Assembly: GCA_001949185.1 (NCBI GenBank)
Contig: BDGG01000011.1
Location: 327,016 to 391,015 of the forward strand
DNA from: Ramazzottius varieornatus
Taxonomy: Eukaryota > Animalia > Tardigrada
Direction of reading: 5' to 3'
Length of the DNA: 64,000 nt
The notes below the pieces were generated by a model that worked only from the letters and a program-made list of their open reading frames with translations, searched no databases and had not been told where the DNA came from. Position 1 is the stretch's first letter. Every line of letters begins with the position of its first letter. A program made the position numbers and the translations under genes. Below, piece after piece: positions 25,476 through 36,400 of this stretch.

Positions 25476-28400
25476 ACAGTAGCTGTACGGCTTTGTATTA
25501 TATTCTTCATCTACGATAACACGCTTGTCATAAGTAAATTGACACCGTTTGTTCTGAACAGAAACTTGATGCAACTCCAGATGTTTCTTATTCCGTCGTA
25601 TAAGATCCGTATACGGAACAACTACAACGTCTTTTTCCTTCAGCATTCGTAGCACTGAATCGAGGTTGACCAGTTGTGATGCTTCTCCTTTCAGTGCGAA
25701 GCCCTTCATCTTGACCAAGGATTTATCAACGTTCGTCACGTAGGCGTATGACTTGGGTCCCACGGTGGCAAAACGTGTAATATGCTGCTCCGGTTTAATT
25801 CACTGGATAAGTCACCTAAAAAGTTTTACACCGGTGAATCAGTGTCCCCTTCCCGACTGACAAATATTATGGAATCCGTATTTAAACACCGAAATAGCTT
25901 ACTGCTGTACGTAATATTCGGACGACACACAGAAATTTGTATCTGGTTAATTACCGATATACGGTACGCGGTTTGCGCGTGAACCTTCCACTTAATCCAT
26001 ATACTTAAGTGGCAGTAATCGAGCGTAGCAAGTAGTGAACGCAGCTACAACTACGTTAACGGTGGCGTTAGGTTCCGCAAACCCGTCGGCAGACTTGTAC
26101 GACAACTGTACAGTATTGTCGTTGATGAGGCCCCGTGACGTGACCGTACTTTCGCCCGACAACATTCTCTGCCAAAACTTTCCGGGTTCCGTGAAGAACT
26201 CGGTGTTCGCGCGATTTTCTTGCATACCGAATCGCCCCCAGAAACTGTTGAGGTGCAACTTCGCCAGTGTGCGGAGACCGGGATTGGAGACAATGTTGTC
26301 TGCCTTAAGCGTGATACCCTTGTGTTCTTCAAAGTCTCGTACGTACTGCACTTTCTTTTCATCGGTGTCACCGTCGTCAGGGTATCCGCTAGCCTCCGTT
26401 TTGATTTTATAAAACAGATCAATGTATGGTCGGAATAGCCTTTCTTTGACTTCCTCCCAGTGGTATACCTCACGCACTTTGAAGACCGTGTAGCCATGAT
26501 CGACTGCTGCACGAAGCTCTGGTGTACACCATGTGCCCCGTAACGCGCGCTGGTCGTCACAATGCAAACAAGGATCTTTCTTTTGGGATTCGGCTCAAGA
26601 TCGACACAGCGGGACATCTCTTTTTCCTTTACATCTCACGGGTACTACAGGAATGTGCAACTGTTTTGGGGTGAGCATCTCGCACTTAACGAGACCGAAG
26701 TAATTGGACAAACCGTGAAAGTTTTTGGTAACACTTTGATGGTGGCCAAACGGATAGCGACATGTTTTGTTTACCCAGGGGTACTCAGAAATGACATCCA
26801 AATTGCGGATTTTTTCGTCAGGTGTAACGGAGTGGTACAGTTTCAGTCGATTATTCCGCCCGCCGTAGAACGCATCTCGCGGCACTAGCGGTTCTGTCGG
26901 CTGATATGACTTGACAAAAGCTCGCAAGTCACCATCTTACGGTTTATCTTCGGTAAACTGACACTCCCAGCAAGTAACGACTCCATATCCCTCTTGTTCC
27001 AAAAACCGCTCGCGTGCCTTCGTGTCTTCAAAAACTTCTTTCATGGTTTGCTTCCGGTACGGATGAGTAGCTCCCGGGTAATAGCATTTATGACATCCAT
27101 GATAAAAGCATCTGGTCAGTGGCTTCGCAGAACCCGTCCACGTAGAACGATCCGATCTTTCTTTCCTGGCCGTTGAAACGATGTTCGATATCGATGTTGC
27201 GCGTTCGGGCCACCGACTCCATCCATTGAACAGCTACGACAGACTGCAGGCGGTTCAAGCCGTGATGCGACATCACGCCGATCTGTTTTTCTTCCACAAA
27301 CTTTGTACGCCAGAAAACGTTACACACCCCAGCAATGGTAGCAGCGGAAACAAACGGACATGAACCATCAGTAATGTCCATCTATAACTGACGGAATTGT
27401 TGGCAACACAACCGCAGCACTGTGACGTCCATTCGACAACACGCGTACATTTCTTGCTCAACATGATACCGTCCGTTCTTCTCACCTGATCTTTATTGTA
27501 CCATTCTAGGAACGATGCCCTCTCTCGTTCGCGTATCTTCGAATAGTCAAAGTCGGCTAGTCCAGGATAGTCAATGCCGTCGGGAAGATTCCAGTTTCGC
27601 GAACAATTTAGCTTGTGAGGAAAAGATCCTTTACTAATTCATTGCAGTCTAAAAGTGGCTGGCCATTTGGCTAGAGACTGTGGGTCATAGTAGTGAGTCT
27701 CTAAAACAAATACGATACTTTTCGATATCCATTCGAATGATCTTGTTTCCATTCATGATGAGTTTAAGCATGATTCCGTTATCGATAAGCCACTTCAGAA
27801 CAAAATATCCATCAAAGGCCCGAAAGTTGTGGGCTATGACGTAAAACCCCTTATGTTTTGGCTGAAATATGTAGTTGCAGAGGTCGTCTGATGTCTCTTC
27901 CAAACGGCTCGCCTTCTTCAGGGAACACCGTTTCCTTTCCTTAATCATCCTGGATTGCGGCCATATTAGGGACCAGTACACCCGACTCACTCACATACGT
28001 TCCAAAATCCAAGAACAAAAGGCGAGCGCTTTTGTGGCGCTGTCTGTCCTTATCCGAAAAACGTAACTTTTTCATGTAGCACTTGTGATCCGGCAATTGG
28101 TACGATCCGCAGTATGACAATATGGATCGTTTCATCCGTGTTCATTTCCCGGTGTACGATTCCGATCGTTGATCGTCTTGTAACATTCCTTACATCGATG
28201 GATATAGCTGCACGGGGCATGCCAATTGTTTGGTCCTGCTTTGCCTTCTGACTTGTGGTGGTCGTAGCAGTCTTGTCCGAGGAATACTCTGTTGCAATCG
28301 GGACACGGTATTTCAGGGTCTTCGTCACATGGGCATTGGTGACGTAGGCACAACGGACAGCGATATTCGCACCGATGGTCATGTAGACCGTTGTAACCCT

Positions 28401-29384
28401 TGTCACATTTGTGGAACCCTGAAACATCAGACTACAGATGGTTGTATACAGTAGGCCACGCTGAGTGCATACTCACAGTAGCTTTTCTGAAAAAAACCAG
28501 TGAGTGACATAGCACGTCATAATGGTTACCGTGATGGTAGAGTGGAATTCGGTTCTCGGCTTCAGGACCTTTCTCGACAAAGCTGTCTAAATGATTGGCA
28601 CTGCACACGTTAATTTGGGTGCCGGCAGCACCTAAGGAGGAGTAACTGTTCTAACTGTAGGTGTAGTGCATACGATCCAACACTCCGAAAAATTTCGTAC
28701 CGCTTCGAAGGCAGGAATGTCGGCGATCGAGTAGACTCTGACAGCTAGACCAGCTTCTTCAATGAGTTGTAAAGCCTTGGACTTTTGATGCACAGTGCGC
28801 TTGTCGCAGAGCTTTTTGTATTCTGTGCGGTTTCCTTCGGAATGTGCTATCCCAACGACGATTGCACGAGCCATACAGATTTCGTTGCAGTTATCAATAG
28901 TCACAATGCTCATACTGCGTTTTAAACGCTTTTTCAAGCGACGTGGTATTTTGCCAGAGCCTGCTTCGAATAGCGGTGTTGCGTAGCTGACAATAATATT
29001 GAAAGAATCATCGAACTTGGATTCTTCTTGAGAGTTTAGAACCGTCTGTACCTCGAGCATCCATCGGTCCACGGTCAAGTCGAACTTGAGTACAGGAGGT
29101 GTCCAGATTGGTATCTCCAAAGAACGAGTTTCAATACGTAACCCAACCAAATCCTGATCCGAAACGTTCGCTTGCACAACGTCTAGTATGTGTTGCAGTA
29201 TAGAAAGCATAGTTGCAACGGCATCTTCAAAGCTCACTTCTTGCATATTCCGTATACTGACTTTGTACCGATCGAATGTGAGTCCATAGCGTTTACAAAA
29301 CGATCATCATCCAAAGTTATCGGTATGCTCGCAAGGCCCACTGCAGCCAAATTCTGGCGACTTGGTTACATCAGTTGAAAGCAT
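25470..29384 (-). pseudogene. Protein-primed family B DNA polymerase (Maverick/Polinton type), fragmented, with three introns
   Basis: In order: N-terminal region (NEICMARAIV), Cys-rich module, ExoI LFLDF(G)T, ExoII AHNFRAFDGYF, RDS, KGSFPH, ExoIII CCRMDV, Vsr-like insert FYVDG..HGC..WECQF, RDAFYGGR, motif A DVISEYP, motif B KLHLNSFWGRFG, motif C YI-DTDS, GPKSYAY, KMKGF, YDKR. Many stops and frameshifts. Confidence 0.93.
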
Positions 29385-29602
29385 GGTGTAATGTATGTGT
29401 TATATAATTTTGGCCTGTAGCTTAGCATTCTGTGCCGTGAATGTCTATCAGGTCTTTATTTGAAACCAGAAAATCTGGAGTACATTTCGAGTGAGCGGGC
29501 TTGAATAGTCAACACTCAACAGGACTACGAGGACTGAAAAGTGAACTTCTTCGCCAGTGAATTCATACCGAACCTCTGACAGTCAATAGCTGTCTTCGAT
29601 AA

Positions 29603-32155
29603 TTAGCAGTGCATTCGGTCCGCTGTGTAGGTCTTTGCGGGATACGCCCCTCCGTATGACTGAAAAGATGGATCATCATTAACCTGACATCAAAGCCCAA
29701 ACTTGGGGCAGTAATCGAACGCTCACATCGAAGCTGGAGCCGAGCGACAGTCCGTCTCCCGCAACAATCACGTGTGATCCACTTGCGTCTTCTCCAAAGA
29801 GCAGCAAAAGAGGACTGTCGGGATCGTTGACGCTCTGGATAGCCGTCACTTTGACCATGGGATCAAGTTCTTTGGTCAGTGTGGAGCACAACGGTTGGTT
29901 GGCCTGTGTGGGTTGACCGGTGTAGCTGATACAAAGTTGCTTGGACGCTTCAAACACAACACCAGATTCGAGGTTAACAATGCTAAGACTCATAAAATAA
30001 GTGATGTTTTGTTTTTTATTTATTACAGTTATGGTAGACTATAAACTGGTCCTTGGTCAGCACTGTAGTTGTTGAGTCGGGCGGGAAAGAAGTTGATAAG
30101 GTTCCTGCCAAAGGAGGTGTTGACCAGGTGGCCTGGTAACAGGGCGTGGCTGGCTGGTTTGGTGGATAGCTGCAGGCAGCGGCTTTCGTCGGCTGAAATT
30201 ATCTGGTGTGTGAACACTCAGTGAACCCTCACAAAACAATTCTGGTTTACAAAAAGGGCACGTACGTCGGCCGAGTTGGAGAGGAAGGTCGGGCCATTGT
30301 TACTGGCGACGAAAGCAAAATTAATTGGCAAGGTCTGACCTAGGGAGTCGTATCTCGGGAAGAGTACCGAGAGATCAACGGGGTTGGCTGTTTGACCTGT
30401 GGCCAGAGCGGGGTCGACGGTCGCCACCGTTTGACCCGGGTCATCTGGAGCTGCTTTCTTACCCATGGTGTATGTCATTGCACAGTTTCCTGCGGTAGAA
30501 AAATCCTGAATTTCTGTAAATTCCTTCCCAGTGCTACTGCTCAAGTATTGAAGTTTGATTGAAGGTTTCGGTGCGCATTGTCGATTGTATGCTTCAGTTT
30601 TCGGTACCGTTTATCAGGACGTAAACATCTTGTTCCCTTGTCGCACCAGCTTCGTACAACAAGGAAGCCGTGGGAGCCTTCTTGCAAAAAGTGGAAAAGT
30701 CACCATCGGTACAAGTGCTCTTGACGAAGGGAGGAGCGGTCGTACCAGCGGTCGTTGTGGCCGTCGCTGCTGTTATACCGCTTGGACATGCCGTTGGGGT
30801 ATTGCCTTGAGTATTGGCGGTTACTCCCGTCGTGGAAGCCGCTGTGGTCGACCCGAGAGTTGGGGTGGCAGTCGCAGGTGTGACCGTTGTAGTTGTGTTC
30901 ACTTGCGCGGCGCAGTCCACTGGGAACAATCGATGGCACCGTACACCACTTCGTCTGGATGACAGAACGGAGAAAAGCGCTTACGTGGGTCACATTTCTT
31001 TCGATCACAGCTGGTGGGGTACATCAGACTAATCAACTGGCAGTCACTGTTGCTGAGTCTGTCAAGCGCTGGTACGAAGAAGGGAGCTTTCTTGACCGTG
31101 AAAGCCTGCTGACCAGGTTTGGCCATGTCGGTGGAACGACTGTGGGTGATGGAGCAGTAGTCATACGGAAAGGCAGCCCAATAGGCTTCTTGGGCTGAAT
31201 AAATCCTGTACGCTGTTCCACTGTAGGCATCTTCAGAGCAATTCATCAGATAAATATTCACCAGACAATCAAAATCAATTTTTGCAACAGACCATTTCTA
31301 GAGTTTCACGTGACGGTCGATCTTACTTGCAGCTAAGGCGTCCTGCTTGACGTCAATGTAATCACCGCGATCGCCGCGTTGATGCTCGTTGCGTTTCCCA
31401 ATAGTGACAACAACGAACCTGCAAAACGAATACAGGCATTACTCCATCAAAACACCTACCTCTTGTTCCTTCCAATAGCGTGAGCTACAACTCACTTCAT
31501 CAAGTCACGCAATTTGCCGGTAAAACAGCCGGTTGGACCGCGAGCGAGAACCACACGTTGTTCTGTCTTGCCTGAGACTTGCAGGTCTTTGTAGAAGCCT
31601 GGGTAGGAGTAGCAGTATGGCTCGGCTGTTGTTCTAGGAACAAAAAGAACAGCATCCGGCACTCTTGGACGTGATTGCGACTTGCAAGAACATCGTCCTC
31701 CTACCCGTCATCCGCAAAGGGTGTGATCTTTACTTTATAAGACGGATCCGTGGGAAAAACTTCGGCAAACCCAATGCATGACTTCATATCGGCCACCACC
31801 TTGGCAATAGCAGCTTTGATCTGCGTCCTCTCGTCGGCAGCTACAGTGGAAAGAAGTGTACAGACTCAAACCAGGCAGTTTGGATGAATTGACGATTGGT
31901 GTTCTCAGTTGAGGAACGGGCACATACTGTAAGCAGCGTCGAGATAGTAAGGAATGGCGGTTGGATAAGGCCATCGAAGAAATTGGGCTTGGATGTTGAT
32001 GGTGGCATCTAATCGAACAGAGTAGCATAATGGCGCTGAGAGATCTCTGTCGTGAGAACAGCATACGACCAGTAACAATTGTTTACAGGATGTATCTTAC
32101 AGGTACAAGAGACGGCCAGAAGAAGCAAGGAGAGGGAGAGTAATCCCGCAATCAT
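29603..32155 (-). CDS. Secreted astacin-fold protein lacking catalytic residues, with a Thr-rich linker and C-terminal domain (multi-exon)
   Basis: Signal peptide MIAGLLSLSLLLLAVSC. Astacin landmarks: RWPYPTAIPYYLD, IKAAI..SCIGF, CYSYPG, GC, G..NEHQRGDRGDYI, PYDYCSITH, LSNSDCQLISLMY..C. The last exon ends RMHC* at 29603. Confidence 0.8.
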
Positions 32156-32926
32156 CCTGACGGCGTTTTTTTGCTGGAATAACCACTTGACCGAAAAAAG
32201 GTGCAACACTGACGTCCCACGGATTGTCGACTGACTATTCGAGGTTTGTACGAGTTAGCATGTAAACGGGAGAACCGATCTCATTCGGTGGCGTGCCTTG
32301 TGAGCAAGGTCAGCGAAATTAGCAGGGTCTTTACCGTATGGCTGATTTTGCTTTGCCGCAAAGTTTATCTGTTCGAATCAAAACGACAATCTGTTCTTCT
32401 TAGGCTACGTGAGCCCGAAACAGTTCTTTGCATTTCAGGAAGAATGATGCTTCAAATTAAATGTAAACGGTCTTGCATAAGCCTTGGCCGGCTGTACATC
32501 CTCGGATAGCAATCAAAGTAGATTTTTGTTCGCGCCTGCATGTGATAAGCTGTTATGATACTTTTAGGCGAAGACTGCTCTCTTCGGGTTCCTTCAAGTG
32601 ATCGATGGTAACTACAGTAGAGCTACGCACATCGTTGCATGGTTCATGCTGCGGAATGCGGATCCCTGCACAGATGAATGGGCTACTTCAACATGCGCAT
32701 TACAGCCAATCTTCTTCACTCAACGTACGAAATTATTATGGGTCCTAAAGAAATCTCTCCGTTCCTAGTTTCGGAGCCCGTCTGTAGCCGTCAACTCTGT
32801 TGCATGCGGGCAACAGCTTTAGGCAACACTTCTGCCGGCCGCTGCAGCGCATGGGAGTTCTAACTTCCTAATCCCGCAGTAGCATCCAGGATTTGTCTTC
32901 TGACAAGTTATACAGCTCAAACTGTA

Positions 32927-33124
32927 CACGCAGGACGAGAAATTATGGTACAGTAAATATTATGGGACAGGCCTTTTCGCTACGGCGGTACGGGAGCACG
33001 TACGTACGCGACAGATTTTACAGTAATACATTTTGCGACGCTTTTCTACGGCCGAATTTCCATGTTGTCGTCCTTTCCGCCTGTACCATAATTTTTACTG
33101 TACCGTAATTTCTCGTCCTGCGTG
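32927..33124. mobile_element. MITE, about 200 bp, with about 45-bp TIRs
   Basis: CACGCAGGACGAGAAATTATGGTACAGTAAATATTATGGGACAGGC matches the reverse complement of the right end with 3 mismatches. TA lies on the left flank and TC on the right. Confidence 0.85.
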
Positions 33125-33483
33125 TCGAGAAAACCCGCCTATCTTCCTGCAATATCGGTTTAAGCATCATGATGTAACGGTTGGCGCAATCCCCTTGTGA
33201 GCATATTCTCAGTTACAGGCTCGTCTGTGACCATGACACAGCAGCAAATCTCGGTTTGGTTTTTCCAGAATAGAATCCAGAATTTTGATACGACACTGTG
33301 CGTACTGACAGAGAAACTATTGTGAAGTAAGCCTGGATATCGTAGTTACAATAGGTTAGTTGCAGTCGGTACCAATTACCAAACTGCAGATGGGGTGCAT
33401 AACCTATGTGCCCATAAACTAGTCAAAAAACTGCAACTGCAGGAATGCATTCCTACGTTGTATTCCCACGTACTGACAGTGCC

Positions 33484-36400
33484 TTAATGCCCAGACGCCA
33501 TGTTGTAGTTGCCGAAAATGTCCTCGTGATAGCGGTCCGTGCTCTACAGAACAAAGGATACGATGATTGCTGTGAAGAGTTTACGGCAGAATTGCGCCCA
33601 CATTTCATTACCCGCAAGTGGTTCATGAGGTGCTGCGTTTGGACGGCGGTGAAGCCTCCAGCCTCAAAAGCTTGCCGAATGGCATTATACACACCAGCTG
33701 CCATTCCCACATCTCCACAGACGTAGATATGCGCTTCCCGCACACGCACATCCGGCAACAGCGTTGCCGCAATTTTCGGTATGATATCCTGCACGTACGT
33801 CTAGAAACGAGAACAACCGATGCCCAGAAGATTTTCCCAACAGGAATCTTCAACGTACCTTTGGGACGTTCGCTTGTCGAGACAGAGCCAAGTGAAAACT
33901 TGTCAAAACGCCGTCTCGCTGCAGCTGGTCGATTTCCGCTTGGTAGATATGGTCTAGCTCAGAGTTGCGACAGCCGAAAATGAGGTGGGCTTCCACATTG
34001 TCAGCCCGGTGGCTGGCACGCAGCTTTTCAAAGTGCTGCCAGAAGGAGCGGAAAGGCGCGATACCCGTACCCGCGCCGATCATATAGATGGGCACGGTCA
34101 TTTTTTCCGGCAACCGAAACGTCGACGCCCTGCAATATTCTATCTTTAAAGATGTGAGCGTGAAAATCAAAAAACACCTCTGTGTTACGTACGTTCGAAT
34201 GTAGTAGTGGACAGGGCTGTCCAGTTTGCGCTGGCTCAAGAAGGCGGTACAGACGCCATTGTGGACAGGTCCGGTGCCGTTCTGGGTTCGGTAGGAGATT
34301 AACCCGACAGTGGCGTCGATGACTTTGGGGTTGGTCAATGGTGAGGAACTGATGGAGTAGAAGCGCGGCTGCAGCTGAGGCAGCTCGATCAACAATAACG
34401 TCGCATCCACTTCCACCGATTGGAATTCCTCCAGGACTTCTAACAGTGTCGGCCACTTGAACGTTTTCCATGCTTCGTACTCCTCGGTGTTCTATATTAG
34501 TCCGACGGTACAACTACTCATCGGGCAAGGTTAGCTTGACAATTTTCCTATAGGCGCACCTTGGAAAGTTGAAGAAGCCTGTCGTGCTCTTCGGAGCTTC
34601 TAGCTAGTGAAGCCAAGCTTTCCAGTAGCATTTGCGAGGGTGGAGTGGTGATGTCCAAGAAGGAGGCGAAGAGGACTTCCATGGGCGCCACTGGTAAACG
34701 CACCAGTGCTTTCCAGGACTTGGTCACCGCTACAAAAAACCAGCGCTGACTGACACGAACGCCACATTGTTATTGAACCGTGAAGGAAATTACCCACCCA
34801 TTCCGGAGGCTTTCTCGACCAGCACTTCCACCTGGATCGGTGCCTGGTTGGGTCGCATACCCAGACGGTCCAGCAATGCCGCCACCTGCTGTGGATCATT
34901 TTCGGCAAAGATGGCCACGTGGTCGCCGGGCTGGTACGAAATGTCCTCCTCGCTCTCCAGCTGCACCAAGATGGTCTGTCGCGTCGACTGCTTGCTTTGC
35001 AAGTTGCGCCGACTGAGCAACTTGCACTGCTGCACGTTTTTATTGTATGTCCCACTCAAGGCTACAGCAACAGTATGCCAATTGATCAAGCGATACTGTT
35101 ACTGTTGAGCTTTTTTTTATATTGAGTACCTGTCTGCAGATCTTCGCTGACGGCGGCAGCGTTGGCCCGCAAGCGGTAACGACCCTTGGACCACGAGCTG
35201 TCACCATTGGACAGCGCAGCTTGGGCGTCGACCATGTTGACGTCATCGCCGAGACAGAAGACGTCGCAGGCTACTTTGAAGACCTCGTGGGCCCACAGCT
35301 TGAAGGACTGATCTTGCCCGCGAAGCTCGTCGCCAGTGTGTATGGGCAGGATACACTCGCCACCCAGAGCGCTGAGCGACTGGTCGACGTAGTGAGCGAA
35401 CGCGCAAAAGTGGGGATACGAACTGGAGCCCAGGCCAAAGACGGCGTAGCGCACGTTACTCAACGGACCACCTAAAAATAACCGGACGAATGTCTGTACA
35501 AACTCGGTGCCTTTCGGTATGGAAAATCGGTTTGACGGACACTACACTGACCTGTGTCCATAAAGTTATCTTGGTCAGCAAAGGTGGTCTGCCGGGAGAA
35601 ACTGCCTTCAACACTGCGCGTGTCCATCCGAATATACGATTGGGATTTCTTCCTGTGGAAATACACTCCCAACGTGACTGGGAAGTTCACCAAGTATTAC
35701 TCGCGAATTTGTTTGTTAGTCTTACCCTGAGATGTCATCCGGACAGGAGAGCTGGTGCAAGTAGGCCGCGATCTCCTTGCCATTGTCCGGCGGGTCGCCG
35801 TTGCCGAAGGTACTGGTAACGACCAGCAGCAGTGCTTCGTGCTCGAGGTGGGCCAAGTCGTAGTGTTCCGCACAGACCACGTTGACGTCGAAGCCGTACT
35901 TGAAGACGTCAAAGAGCGTTTTGGCGTACCGCTCCGACTTACCCGTTTCTGTCGCGTAGATGATGGTGGCACGAATGCGACGAGCCAGCGCCTTTGCCAT
36001 CAACTTGGCCGAGAACTTCACCGCTCTAAAGACTCCCACAAATTAATGTAACTTCTTGGGAAAATTCAAACCAACTTATGCGAAGTTTCCATTTTCTTCG
36101 TTGGTTTTACCGCGCGATTTCTCGAAAGCCAAATTTCCGCTTTGGGTTAGATTTTTGCGCCGTCAACTTGACCTTGTCCTTTTTCCACACGTGCGCTTTC
36201 CATGCTTCGTCCTATAGGGAATATCACGTAATACAGAGATTGACAACAGTCTACTGTCCAGATGAGCATTTACCGGGTGCCCAGTCGCAATTTTCATAAA
36301 CTTTCGCACTCGATATCGGTTGTCCCTGCTAACGAAATGCTCCGCTATCATGGGTTATTAATAAACCTTTCTCCCTCCACTGTACCAATAACAGATGGAC

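Larger units (their letters stand above)
21982..29384. mobile_element. Decayed Maverick/Polinton (adintovirus-like) endogenous element segment; boundaries not defined
   Basis: Contains a protein-primed PolB gene plus tightly packed, overlapping accessory ORFs (orphan, IAP, exonuclease, TBP-like). All show nonsense, frameshift or start-loss decay. Confidence 0.8.

Noticed and set aside
21400-29600. Terminal inverted repeats, TSD, capsid, ATPase, protease or integrase for the Maverick-like element
   Set aside because: None could be found by eye. The element is reported as a partial segment with undefined ends.
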